Below, piece after piece: positions 45,540 through 55,019 of a stretch of DNA of 64,000 nucleotides. The DNA is from Patescibacteria group bacterium (GTDB lineage Bacteria > Patescibacteriota > Patescibacteriia > Patescibacteriales > GWC2-42-12). The stretch lies in NCBI GenBank assembly GCA_028703305.1, contig JAQVNC010000001.1, positions 56,791-120,790 on the forward strand, written 5' to 3'. How positions within the stretch are numbered: position 1 is the first letter of the stretch; every line of letters starts with the position of its first letter. Under the pieces are notes generated by a model. That model saw only the letters and a list, made by a program, of their open reading frames with translations. It had not been told where the DNA came from and ran no database searches. Made by a program: the position numbers and the translations under genes.

Positions 45540-45573
45540 ACGCATAAAAAAAATATAGTCAAACGGCTATATT

Positions 45574-46038
45574 TTATTTTAAGTTATTAAGGCAACTATT
45601 TTGCCGGTAGAGCCGGTGCATAGAGCAGCCCCGGCGAGAAAAGGCGTCGTTTAAGCCTGAGGCGTCAACCAACCAACCGGCGATGATTATGGCGGCAACG
45701 AAGCCGATGATGATTATTTTAAAATTAATTTTATAAGAAAAATCATATTGGCGGATCAGCCAAACCCCGATAATCAGGCCTGAAATTGCCAGAATTATCG
45801 CCCACCAGGGAAAGCTTTCTATGAGTTGGGCAAAACGGTACTCGCCCATAGGTCCATGGGTGCGCAAAGAAAATCTGATTAAGCCGACTAGAAAAACTGA
45901 GCTGATAACGGAAAAGACTAAACCGATTAAAATCAGGCTTGAACCAATAATAAAATAAAACCGCGGGCGCATCTTTAATTTGCTCTCATGGATTTCGCGC
46001 ATGACGCTGTCGGCGATATTTTTTATTTCTTTTGGCAT
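45574..46038 (-). CDS. Membrane protein, a probable anti-sigma factor overlapping the ECF sigma gene by 16 nt
   Basis: Overlapping arrangement with the sigma gene; 3 TM segments. Confidence 0.45.
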   Translation of the reverse strand: MPKEIKNIADSVMREIHESKLKMRPRFYFIIGSSLILIGLVFSVISSVFLVGLIRFSLRTHGPMGEYRFAQLIESFPWWAIILAISGLIIGVWLIRQYDFSYKINFKIIIIGFVAAIIIAGWLVDASGLNDAFSRRGCSMHRLYRQNSCLNNLK

Positions 46039-46565
46039 ATGTGTTTTAATAATATTTTTGCCCGGCTAATGCGGGTGGCGACCGTACCTATCGGCAATCT
46101 TAAAATGTCACTGATTTCTTCGTAAGACTGCTCGTCAATATAATGTAGCCTTAATGGCTCGGCGTAAAGCAGCGGCATTTCATTGAAACATTTTTCAATG
46201 TTTTCGGCGATTTCTTGGCGCTCAAAATTTATTTCAATATTCTCCCCGCTTTTAAAATCAACTTTATCTAAAATTGGGGTTTCTTTTTGGTATTTTTTAA
46301 TAATATTTAAGGCTTCATTATGGACAATGCGGTAGATCCAGCTGGAAAATTTCTTTTTAACGTTAAAGCCTTTTAAATTGATGAAAGCTTTAATGAAAGC
46401 GGTTTGGACGATATCGGCGGCACTGGCTTCGTTTTTAGTTAAATTAACGGCATAGCGCAAAAGTTTGTCCTGATAGCGGCTGATTATGACGGCATAAAGC
46501 TCCTGGTCTTCTGACCGGACTTTTTCAATCATGGCTTCGTCAGAAAACTCTTTATATTCTTTCAT
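46023..46565 (-). CDS. ECF-type RNA polymerase sigma-70 factor
   Basis: Region 2 (SSWIYRIVHNEALN) and region 4 HTH (LPIGTVATRISRAK). Confidence 0.85.
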   Translation of the reverse strand: MKEYKEFSDEAMIEKVRSEDQELYAVIISRYQDKLLRYAVNLTKNEASAADIVQTAFIKAFINLKGFNVKKKFSSWIYRIVHNEALNIIKKYQKETPILDKVDFKSGENIEINFERQEIAENIEKCFNEMPLLYAEPLRLHYIDEQSYEEISDILRLPIGTVATRISRAKILLKHICQKK

Positions 46566-46650
46566 AATAGAATTATATCAAATCCTTTTAAACAATACAC
46601 TAAGCCCCGAACTAGCTAGGGCTTAGTGTATTAAATAGGTTCGCGTTTAA

Positions 46651-47040
46651 TTATCGGTTTAAGCCGCGCCCCATGCCTCGGCCGCCGCCGTTTAGTCCGC
46701 AGCCCGCGCCGTTATTTAGGCCTAGGCCAAGTTCCTGGCGAAGCTTTTGCGCTTCAGCGGTTTTGCCCTGAACGGCCAAGTTATGGGCTTCGGCGAATTT
46801 AGCGAAATTATCCTGATTGATAACTTGCGTAACCCGCCCCCGTCCGGCCATCAAATTTTTCCAGGCGTTATAATCTTTATTTAAGAAAGCCTGCTCCATA
46901 GCCGCGTGGCGCTCGGCCGTATAGTTTGGCCCTTTAACCGTTGGGTCGCCCTGATAAGCGTAAACCGAACTGGCGTAGAGGCCGGCGCTGCCAAAGATGA
47001 TCAGCGCCAATAATCCCAATCCCAAAGTAATTTTTTTCAT
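46651..47040 (-). CDS. Secreted protein with a Gly-rich C-terminus (Spy/ZraP-like envelope-stress protein?)
   Basis: Signal peptide; sits next to the ECF sigma module. Confidence 0.4.
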   Translation of the reverse strand: MKKITLGLGLLALIIFGSAGLYASSVYAYQGDPTVKGPNYTAERHAAMEQAFLNKDYNAWKNLMAGRGRVTQVINQDNFAKFAEAHNLAVQGKTAEAQKLRQELGLGLNNGAGCGLNGGGRGMGRGLNR

Positions 47041-47174
47041 AAGGTTAAATTGTTAGTTTATTATTTATTCCGACCTTTGCTTCTACTACAATACTAGAGG
47101 TGGTTTTCTTTCATGGCCGGGCATTAAATTAATTTTTTTTTGACTAATTTTAGTGGGCGAATTAGAATATAGGC

Positions 47175-47954
47175 ATGAATAAGCTATTTATTAAAAATCG
47201 TAAAGGTCAGAATATGGCGGTAGTTATAGAAGAAGCTGACAACCCCAAAGGCTTGGCGTTTGTCATGCATGGCAATGCCAGCAATAAAGACTTGGTGCAG
47301 ATAAAAACTTTTGCCAGGGTATTTTTGGATAATGGCTACACGGTCGTCAGGTTTGACACCACCAATTCTTCGGGCGAAAGCGATGGCCAGCTGGAAGATG
47401 CCACACTGACTAATTATTATGAAGATTTGGAAGATGTAATTAGTTGGGCCAGCAGGCAAAGTTTTTATAAGGAACCGTTTATTTTATGCGGCCACAGTCT
47501 GGGCGGCATGGCCGTGGCGTTGTTCGCGGAAAAATATCCGGAAAAAATTAAAGCCTTGGCGCCAATTTCCGTTGTGATATCAGGAGAATTATCGGAGCAG
47601 ACCCAGGAATTTAAAGAAATAGGGCTAGCCTGGAAAGAAAAAGGTATAAGAGAGTGGCCGAGTGTCAGCATGCCAGGGATGATGAAAAGATTGAAATGGA
47701 ATCATGTAGTGGACAAAAGAAAATATGATATACTGCCCGAGGCGAATAAATTAACCATGCCAGTACTGATGATAGTAGGAGAATTAGACGACGTTACTCC
47801 GCTGGAACACCAAAAATTACTCTACGAAAAACTGCCGGGGGAAAAAGAACTTCATGTCATCAAAGGCTCCGGCCATTCTTTCATCAAGCAGGGGCATTTG
47901 GATGAAATAAAAGAGATTATGGGGAGGTGGGCGGTAAAAATTATAAATTTATGA
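47175..47954 (+). CDS. Alpha/beta-fold hydrolase
   Basis: GHSLGG nucleophile elbow with Asp/His downstream. Confidence 0.75.
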   Translation: MNKLFIKNRKGQNMAVVIEEADNPKGLAFVMHGNASNKDLVQIKTFARVFLDNGYTVVRFDTTNSSGESDGQLEDATLTNYYEDLEDVISWASRQSFYKEPFILCGHSLGGMAVALFAEKYPEKIKALAPISVVISGELSEQTQEFKEIGLAWKEKGIREWPSVSMPGMMKRLKWNHVVDKRKYDILPEANKLTMPVLMIVGELDDVTPLEHQKLLYEKLPGEKELHVIKGSGHSFIKQGHLDEIKEIMGRWAVKIINL

Positions 47955-48988
47955 TTATCTTAGGTATTGAAACATCTTGCGATGAAACCGCGGCTACGGT
48001 TTTACACGGGGCTGGTAATAAAATAAAAGTTTTATCCAACGTGGTGTCATCGCAAATTGAGATACATAAAAAATACGGCGGCGTGGTGCCGGAAGTGGCG
48101 GCTAGGGAGCATGTTTTAAATATTTTGCCGGTAGTAAATGAAGCTTTGAGAAAGGCTAAAATCCTCCTAGCCCCCTTTGTTAAAGGGGGTAAAAAAATTG
48201 ACGCCATCGCGGTAACAATTGGGCCGGGTCTAATTACTTCTTTGTTGGTGGGCGTGGAAACGGCCAAGACTTTAGCCTATGCCTGGGGCGTACCGGCGGT
48301 GGCGGTCAATCACATTGAAGGCCATATCTATGCCAATTTTATAAATAACCAGCCAAAATTTCCCGCCTTGATTTTAACCGTTAGCGGCGGGCATACCATG
48401 CTTATTTTAATGAGCGGGCATGGAAAATATAAAGTTTTGGGCGAAACGCGGGACGACGCGGCCGGTGAAGCGTTTGATAAAGCGGCGCAATTACTGGGGT
48501 TGGGATATCCGGGCGGTCCGATAATCGCCGCCGAAGCGCTTAAGGCAAAAAATAAAAATTTGAGCTTGCCTAGGCCAATGCTTAATTCTGGCGATTTTGA
48601 TTTTTCTTTTTCCGGGCTTAAAACCGCGCTATTATATGAAATACAGAAAGATAAAAATTGGCGGAAAAGAATACCGGATTATGCTTATGAATTTGAACAG
48701 GCCGTGGCGGATGTATTAGTGAGTAAAACCATTAAAGCGGCTTTAAAATATAAGGTAAAAAACATAATGTTGTCCGGTGGTGTGGCCGCGAACCTAGAGC
48801 TGAGAAGCCAACTGGATCAAGCTGTGAAAAATAAATTAACTGGCGCGAAATTAATTATTCCGGAATTTAAATATTGTACTGATAACGCGGCCATGATTGC
48901 CGTGGCCGGCTACTTTCGAGCTAAAAGAAAAGATTTTACGCCGTGGCAAAAGCTAAAAGCGGATGCGAATTTAGAATTGACAAAATAA
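47951..48988 (+). CDS. tsaD: tRNA N6-adenosine threonylcarbamoyltransferase TsaD
   Basis: MIILGIETSCDETAATV…, HxxGH metal site; ATGA overlap with the upstream gene. Confidence 0.85.
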   Translation: MIILGIETSCDETAATVLHGAGNKIKVLSNVVSSQIEIHKKYGGVVPEVAAREHVLNILPVVNEALRKAKILLAPFVKGGKKIDAIAVTIGPGLITSLLVGVETAKTLAYAWGVPAVAVNHIEGHIYANFINNQPKFPALILTVSGGHTMLILMSGHGKYKVLGETRDDAAGEAFDKAAQLLGLGYPGGPIIAAEALKAKNKNLSLPRPMLNSGDFDFSFSGLKTALLYEIQKDKNWRKRIPDYAYEFEQAVADVLVSKTIKAALKYKVKNIMLSGGVAANLELRSQLDQAVKNKLTGAKLIIPEFKYCTDNAAMIAVAGYFRAKRKDFTPWQKLKADANLELTK

Positions 48989-49004
48989 TTATATTTGCTA
49001 TACT
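48977..49004 (+). promoter_or_regulatory. Consensus sigma70 promoter (TTGACA-16-TATACT) overlapping the tsaD stop
   Basis: ttgaca aaataattatatttgc tatact. Confidence 0.6.
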
Positions 49005-49011
49005 GATTTTA

Positions 49012-49296
49012 GAACTTAACAATCATAAAACCCGTTCGGATCCCGAGTAATCGGGATTGGGTCTGAACATAAAGGGTGGTTTCTGCATTAGTGGAAACCC
49101 GGCTTCCTCCGTAACCATAGGATAATTGATGTCTTCTGCCTTTGGGCAGAGTATGAGTCAATGAGCGGAAACAAAGCGCTCAAAAGCGTTTTTTTGTTTT
49201 CGGAATAAGGGTGGCAACACGTAAAGTTAAAGGCTTTTCGTCCCTTAAGCATAGTTTGGCTATGTTTAAGAGAGGGGAAGCTTTTTTGTTTTTTTA
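49012..49296 (+). promoter_or_regulatory. Candidate T-box riboswitch leader with a Trp (UGG) specifier
   Basis: AAUAAGGGUGGCAACACG (T-box-like; AAGGG…CCCUU antiterminator with a UGGC bulge) lies about 60 nt upstream of an alternative terminator hairpin plus UUUUUUGUUUUUUU; an agUGGAaa specifier candidate in a 5' stem; a GUAA-tetraloop hairpin. Confidence 0.45.
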
Positions 49297-49329
49297 AATT
49301 GAACATTATAAATTAAGGAGGGAAAAATT

Positions 49330-49503
49330 ATGAAATGCGGTAAACATCCGGATGTGAAAATGGTAGTTAAGGAAATGGCGGTTGGCTGGGGCAATGAAAG
49401 CAAATTAGTTTGCCCAAAATGCGAAGAGGAAGCAAAAGCGTCGGCTGATAAAACAATTGGTTCTCAGGCGGTTTTTTCAGTAGGAGGGCATGGCGGCTGG
49501 TAA
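49330..49503 (+). CDS. Small (57 aa) zinc-ribbon protein; not in the ORF track because it is under 60 aa
   Basis: Strong SD (aaggaggg) 6 nt before the ATG; MKCGKH…CPKCEEE. Confidence 0.5.
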   Translation: MKCGKHPDVKMVVKEMAVGWGNESKLVCPKCEEEAKASADKTIGSQAVFSVGGHGGW

Positions 49504-49597
49504 TAGCCAAAACGCGGGGAACGAAATTATCTTTCGTTGCCCGCTCTTTTTTAAAATTAAACTTTACAAATTAACCAAATAAATATAGAATAAAACC

Positions 49598-50626
49598 ATG
49601 GAATTAAATAAAAACAACAATAAACCAACTGTTTTTTCCGGAGTTCAGCCTTCGGGCGTTTTGCATTTGGGCAATTATCTGGGTGCTTTGGCCCAATGGG
49701 TGGAAATGCAGAATCAATTTAACTGCATTTTTTGCGTGGTGGATTACCATGCCATTACGGTTAAACAGGAGGCTAAAAATTTATCTGAGAATATTTTAAA
49801 TGTGGTAAAAGCATATCTGGCTTCCGGCATCAACCCGGAAAGATCCGTAATTTTTCAGCAATCGGATATTACGGCGCATACGGAGTTGGCTTGGATTTTA
49901 AATTGCGTGGCCAGAATGTCGGATTTAAATAAGATGACGCAATTTAAGGAAAAAGGTCTGGGCAAAGAATCGGTCGGCGTGGGGCTTTTTGATTATCCGG
50001 TTTTAATGGCGGCCGATATTTTACTCTATAATACCGATGCCGTGCCGGTCGGCGAAGATCAAGTCCAGCATGTGGAATTAACCCGCACGCTGGCAAAAAG
50101 ATTTAATAATGAATATGGCAATGTGTTTAAAATTCCCGAAGTAACGGTCAGGAAACAAGGCGCGCGCATTATGGGGCTTGACGATCCAACGAAAAAAATG
50201 AGCAAAAGCGCGGCTTCGGCGGCCAATTATATTTCTTTATTAGACAGGCCGGAAGCGGCGGCCAAGAAAATTACGCGGGCGGTAACCGACTCGGGCTCGG
50301 AAATAAAATATGACGCGAAGAAAAAGCCGGCCATTGCCAATTTAATGACGATTTATTCATTGTTGTCCAATACGAGTATTAAAGAGCTGGAGGCGAAGTA
50401 TGAAGATAAAGGTCCCGCCTACGCTAAAGCTTCGGCGGGCAAGTATGGTGATTTTAAAAAAGATTTAGCTGGGGTGGTCGTAGAGTTTTTAAATGAATTT
50501 CAAATTAAATATAATAGTTTTAGCGATAAAGAAGTAAAGCAAATTCTAAAAGACGGCGCGGAAAAAGTCAGGCCGATAGCCGAAGCGACATTAAAAAATG
50601 TAAAAAATAATTTAGGCATTAACTAA
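49598..50626 (+). CDS. trpS: Tryptophan--tRNA ligase
   Basis: PSGVLHLGNYLGA (HIGH-type) and KMSKS. Confidence 0.9.
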   Translation: MELNKNNNKPTVFSGVQPSGVLHLGNYLGALAQWVEMQNQFNCIFCVVDYHAITVKQEAKNLSENILNVVKAYLASGINPERSVIFQQSDITAHTELAWILNCVARMSDLNKMTQFKEKGLGKESVGVGLFDYPVLMAADILLYNTDAVPVGEDQVQHVELTRTLAKRFNNEYGNVFKIPEVTVRKQGARIMGLDDPTKKMSKSAASAANYISLLDRPEAAAKKITRAVTDSGSEIKYDAKKKPAIANLMTIYSLLSNTSIKELEAKYEDKGPAYAKASAGKYGDFKKDLAGVVVEFLNEFQIKYNSFSDKEVKQILKDGAEKVRPIAEATLKNVKNNLGIN

Positions 50627-50629
50627 ATT

Positions 50630-50700
50630 GTTATTGCGAAAAATTTCTGGATTCCCGCCTGCGCGGGAATGACAAATTGGAGATTGGTCGCAATGACATT
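50630..50700 (+). repeat. Short hairpin repeat S4 (tttctggattcccgcctgcgcgggaatgacaa) nested inside a minimal gttattgcgaa…gtcgcaatgaca frame; it supplies ATGs upstream of gdh
   Basis: Shares the consensus of the other S copies; the flanks resemble the termini of the L family. Confidence 0.65.
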
Positions 50701-51946
50701 TAAATTTATGGCAGACCAATTTAAAGGAGTTATCAATCAGTTAAATAAAACAGCGGCTATCATGAAGATTGAACATGATGAATTGGAAATTTTAAGAAAA
50801 CCCGACCGGATAATAGAAGTCTCTTTGCCCGTGCTAATGGATGACGGCCATATCAAAGTTTTTACCGGCTACCGAGTGCAGTATAATAACATTCGCGGGC
50901 CGTATAAAGGCGGAATTCGCTATCATCCTAAAGTTAATTTAGACGAGGTCAAGACCTTGGCTTTTTGGATGACCATAAAATGCGCTGTGGCCGACATACC
51001 TTACGGCGGCGGCAAAGGCGGCGTTTCCGTTGACGTAAAAAAATTAAGTTCCGGAGAGCTTGAGCGCTTAACGCGCGCTTATACCCGGGGCTTTGCCGAT
51101 TTTATCGGTCCGACTAAAGATGTGCCGGCGCCTGACGTTTATACCAATCCGCAAATTATGGCTTGGCTGATGGACGAATATAGCCATATTAAGGGCGAAA
51201 ATACGCCGGCGGTCGTAACCGGCAAACCGGTGGAAATCGGCGGCTCGCTCGGTCGCGGCACGGCAACCAGCTTAGGCGGGTTTTATGTTTTTGAAGAGGT
51301 TCTCGCCAAAATGAAAATGCCGAAAAAGAAAATCAGCCTGGCGGTCCAGGGCTTTGGCAACGTCGGCATGAATTTCGCGGTTATCGCTTACGCGGCCGGC
51401 TATAAGATCGTGGCCGTGTCTGATTCAAGCGGGGCGATATATGATAAAAACGGCTTAAATATAGATAAGGTTTTGTCTCATAAACAGGCTACCGGCTCGG
51501 TCATTAATTTTATTGGCGCGAAAAATATTACCAATGAGCAATTATTGGAATTGCCGGTTGACGTAGTCGTGCCGGCGGCCTTGGAAAATGTCATCACTGA
51601 AAAAAACGCCGGCCGGGTAAAAGCCAAAGTAATTTTTGAGATGGGCAACGGCCCGACCACGGCCGAGGCTGAAGTCAAGCTTAATAAAAAAGGCGTGTTA
51701 ATCGTGCCGGATGTTTTAGCCAATTCCGGCGGCGTGATCGTTTCTTATTTTGAATGGGTGCAGAATTTAAGGCATTTCTATTGGGATCAAGCCAAGGTTG
51801 AATCCCATTTGAAAAGGCAGATTATCAATGCCTTTGATAAGGTTTGGCAGACCATGGAGAGCCAAGGCAACCGGGAGATGAGGACCGCGGCCTATATAGT
51901 CGCGGTGGAAAGATTGGTTAAAGCGCTTAAAGTAAGAGGAATTTAA
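50693..51946 (+). CDS. Glutamate dehydrogenase
   Basis: [14 protein letters not shown], and a Rossmann GFGNVG; start ambiguous (50669, 50693 or 50708). Confidence 0.85.
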   Translation: MTFKFMADQFKGVINQLNKTAAIMKIEHDELEILRKPDRIIEVSLPVLMDDGHIKVFTGYRVQYNNIRGPYKGGIRYHPKVNLDEVKTLAFWMTIKCAVADIPYGGGKGGVSVDVKKLSSGELERLTRAYTRGFADFIGPTKDVPAPDVYTNPQIMAWLMDEYSHIKGENTPAVVTGKPVEIGGSLGRGTATSLGGFYVFEEVLAKMKMPKKKISLAVQGFGNVGMNFAVIAYAAGYKIVAVSDSSGAIYDKNGLNIDKVLSHKQATGSVINFIGAKNITNEQLLELPVDVVVPAALENVITEKNAGRVKAKVIFEMGNGPTTAEAEVKLNKKGVLIVPDVLANSGGVIVSYFEWVQNLRHFYWDQAKVESHLKRQIINAFDKVWQTMESQGNREMRTAAYIVAVERLVKALKVRGI

Positions 51947-51955
51947 GATAATATT

Positions 51956-52064
51956 GTCATTGCGAGCTTCTGAAAGAAGCGAAGCAATCTCACGAATGGC
52001 AAGTTTGGGTAAAAAATTGTTGTCCGTGAGATTGTTTCGTCGCTGAAGCTCCTCGCAATGACAG
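51956..52064. repeat. Nested palindromic repeat L4
   Basis: gtcattgcgagcttctgaaagaagcgaagcaatctcac…gtgagattgtttcgtcgctgaagctcctcgcaatgaca. Confidence 0.75.
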
Positions 52065-52070
52065 AATAAT

Positions 52071-52367
52071 ATGGATATCCAAGAACTTTTAGCTTCGGCT
52101 AAAACGCAAACCTTTGACCGGTTCGCGCAAAAGCTAAATACTTTAGTCAGAGAAAATTACCGCTTTAGCAATTTGGACGAAGCTAACAGGAAAATTGTTT
52201 TAGATATAATTAAGAAGCATTTAGGCGATATCCATCGCGGCCAGGGCATCTCTTCGGTGGTTTTAGAGCGGGAAAGTTATAATTTGTACCAAAATCGAGA
52301 GAAGCTGAAATTGACCGAAGAAGATTTGAAAGACATTAAGGAGATATTGAGATTATTTAAAAAATAG
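52071..52367 (+). CDS. Hypothetical protein (98 aa)
   Basis: An ORF with plausible start context; no recognisable family. Confidence 0.4.
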   Translation: MDIQELLASAKTQTFDRFAQKLNTLVRENYRFSNLDEANRKIVLDIIKKHLGDIHRGQGISSVVLERESYNLYQNREKLKLTEEDLKDIKEILRLFKK

Positions 52368-52423
52368 AAGACAAATAAAAAAGCCGAGGCGATAACAGCC
52401 TCGGCTTTTTTATATGAAAAATT

Positions 52424-53761
52424 TTAATTCTCTCGGATTAATTTTAATAATTCGTTTTTTTTGTTTTCCATCAATTCCTTGGTCTTTGCTTCTAAGTTAA
52501 GCCGTAGAACCGGTTCAGTATTTGATTTTCTAATATTAAACCACCATTCGGGGTACTCAACCGTTATTCCATCAAGGTTGGAAATTTTCCCATTTTTATA
52601 TTTTCTTTTTATCTCTTTTAATTTAGCGTCTTTGTTTTTAACTTCACTGTTAGTTTCTTCAATTTGGAAGTATTTAATATAATCTTTTATCATTCCCGAA
52701 AAGTTTTTTTTGCTTTCGGAAAGTATCTGGGTAATAATTACCGCCGTTATCATGGCGCTGTCGGCTCGGTAGTTATCGCGGAAATAGTAATGGCCGGACA
52801 GCTCGCCTCCAAAAACCGCCTTAGTTTGCTTCATTAATTTTTTTATAAAGCTATGGCCAACTCTGGAAATTAAAGGTTGTCCGCCGTTGGCCTTAATTAA
52901 TTCCGGAATAAGGCGGCTACAGCGCAAATCATAAATTATTTTTTCTCCTTTATGCCGGCTTAAAAAATATTTTGCCAGAATGGCAACGATAGAGGCGCCA
53001 TTTATTAGATTGCTTTTTTCATCAACAAAAAATACCCTGTCAGCGTCGCCGTCAAAAGCCATGCCGAAATCAGCTTTCGTTTGTCTAACTTTTTTTTGCA
53101 GCTGAACCATGTTTTTGCCTTCAATCGGGCTTGGCTGATGGTTAGGAAAAGAGCCGTCTAGCTTAAAATATAGAGGTATGATTTTGCAAGGAAGTTCCGC
53201 ATAAATTTTTGATAAAATTTTTCCGCCCATGCCATTGCCGGCGTCAGCAACTATTTTTAGCTTTTTTATTTTATTTTTGTCAATAAAGCTTAAGACATTC
53301 TTATTGTAATTTGGCAGGATATTATTTTTTTTTATTTTTTGTTTGGCGTTTTTTATATTTATTTTGTGTTTTATGACTGCTTGCCTAAGTTTTTTTATAT
53401 CATTTTCGCCAAAAGGAACGGCTCCTTCTTTAGTTAATTTAAAACCGTTCCATTCTTTAGGATTATGAGAAGCCGTTATCATTATGGCGGCTAAGTTTAA
53501 TTTGCCTGACGCGAAATAAGTTACATCGGTAGATACCAAGCCGATATCAATTACTTCCGAGCCGGCTTGATTTATGCCTTTAGCCAAAGCATCAAATATT
53601 GGCTTGGAAGAAAGCCGCATATCTCTGCCAACAATAATCTTTTTAGCTTGATTTAATCTGGCAAAACAAAAGCCAATCGCCTGCGCCGTTTCTTCATTTA
53701 ATTGATTCGGATAAATTCCCCGGATATCATAGGCTTTAAAGATGCTTGGATTAACTTGCAT
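52424..53761 (-). CDS. Phosphoglucosamine mutase / phosphomannomutase (alpha-D-phosphohexomutase)
   Basis: Active-site TASHNP and GDGDADR metal loop. Confidence 0.85.
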   Translation of the reverse strand: MQVNPSIFKAYDIRGIYPNQLNEETAQAIGFCFARLNQAKKIIVGRDMRLSSKPIFDALAKGINQAGSEVIDIGLVSTDVTYFASGKLNLAAIMITASHNPKEWNGFKLTKEGAVPFGENDIKKLRQAVIKHKINIKNAKQKIKKNNILPNYNKNVLSFIDKNKIKKLKIVADAGNGMGGKILSKIYAELPCKIIPLYFKLDGSFPNHQPSPIEGKNMVQLQKKVRQTKADFGMAFDGDADRVFFVDEKSNLINGASIVAILAKYFLSRHKGEKIIYDLRCSRLIPELIKANGGQPLISRVGHSFIKKLMKQTKAVFGGELSGHYYFRDNYRADSAMITAVIITQILSESKKNFSGMIKDYIKYFQIEETNSEVKNKDAKLKEIKRKYKNGKISNLDGITVEYPEWWFNIRKSNTEPVLRLNLEAKTKELMENKKNELLKLIREN

Positions 53762-53835
53762 ATTTATCGGTTATTTTATAAAAAAGGCGATAGATTTTAC
53801 CGCCTTTTTTATTCTAACAAAGTATATTATTTTTG

Positions 53836-54972
53836 TTAAGCTTTCTTAAATGACAGCATAATTCCGCCCAAGCCCCAGAGCATGGCCAGCAGCGCCACAA
53901 TCCAGCCGATAAACGGCAAAGCGAAAATCAAATAGGCTACTATAATGCCAACTACCATGGCTAAAATCAAGGAATCTTTTTGCTTGGCCCAATAATTATT
54001 TAAGAGGCTTCGGCCGATTAAAATGCCGACCAAAATTTTACTTAGGTAAATCGCGATTAGCCAGAGGCCCAGCGTAATAAAAGCCAGAGGCAAGCCGATA
54101 ATAGTAATAAGTAAAACTATAAATATTAAAGGCGTTAAGAATAAAGCTAAAACTCCCCAGCCCAAAGCCGGGCCGACTTTAGCCAGCATTAAGTCCGTGG
54201 TTTTAATTATCTGTTCGCGCCAGAAACTGATTATAACCAAGCCGATGACTAAAGCGGAAAAAATGGAAATTAATTTTCCCCACCACCAGCCCAAATTAGC
54301 CGCGTTTGATTTTTTATTAACCACGGCCGGGAAATTATGGATAGTTTCACCTTTTATTACCGCGCCGGCATCAACGGCCGCGTCTTTACCAGATTTATAG
54401 GTTACATTGCCGTTAATTTTGGCCGTGTTGGCGATTACTAATGGTTTATCATAGTTGTTCTGCGAGCCAAAATTAAGATTAAGATTTTTTCCGATTTGTC
54501 CGGCCACGTTAACTTTGCCGGCGCTGCCGTAGAAATCGCGGCCGATATTGCCCCTTAGTTCAAAAATATTGCCTAACACCAATAAGTCCCAGCCGATGGT
54601 TGAGCTGGCCGAGGTAACGACGGTTGCGCCAACGGTTATGCCGTTGCGCGCCACTTGGCCGTTAAAATTAACCGTATTGCCAACCACGCGCAGATTGCCG
54701 CCGATTTTGCCGTTAATGCTAATGGATTGTCCGGCGCAAATCACATCGCCGGCCACGTCGCCATTGATGTTGACGGATTGTCCGGCGCAAATCACATCGC
54801 CGGTAACTTTGCCTTCAATGGTTAAATTAGAACCGACCGCGTAAAGGTTGCCCTCAATTACTTCCTCTTTAGGCACATAAATAGAGTCGCCTTTTTTAAC
54901 GCTGTAAGCTGAGGCCGCTAAAGGAAGGAGCAGGACGGCCAAACAGGCCACCAGAAGAGTTGTTTTTTTCAT
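53836..54972 (-). CDS. Membrane-anchored bactofilin-like repeat protein
   Basis: Signal/TM at the N-terminus, GDVICAGQSVNINGDVAGDVICAGQSISINGKIGGNL bactofilin-like repeats, and a multi-TM C-terminus; start taken at MKKTTLL (54972). Confidence 0.55.
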   Translation of the reverse strand: MKKTTLLVACLAVLLLPLAASAYSVKKGDSIYVPKEEVIEGNLYAVGSNLTIEGKVTGDVICAGQSVNINGDVAGDVICAGQSISINGKIGGNLRVVGNTVNFNGQVARNGITVGATVVTSASSTIGWDLLVLGNIFELRGNIGRDFYGSAGKVNVAGQIGKNLNLNFGSQNNYDKPLVIANTAKINGNVTYKSGKDAAVDAGAVIKGETIHNFPAVVNKKSNAANLGWWWGKLISIFSALVIGLVIISFWREQIIKTTDLMLAKVGPALGWGVLALFLTPLIFIVLLITIIGLPLAFITLGLWLIAIYLSKILVGILIGRSLLNNYWAKQKDSLILAMVVGIIVAYLIFALPFIGWIVALLAMLWGLGGIMLSFKKA

Positions 54973-55019
54973 ATAATTGTGTTTTAATAATATATACTCT
55001 AATAATAACATTTAAGGTA

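Noticed and set aside
49060-49110. An RNase P RNA P4-like sequence: GGAGGAAGCCGGGUUUCC on the minus strand, and GAAACCCGGCUUCC on the plus strand.
   Set aside because: There is no room for a 300+ nt RNase P RNA on either strand without overlapping the tsaD CDS or the small ORF. Other conserved regions (CR-II/III) are not evident. The segment is better explained as part of the trpS leader.
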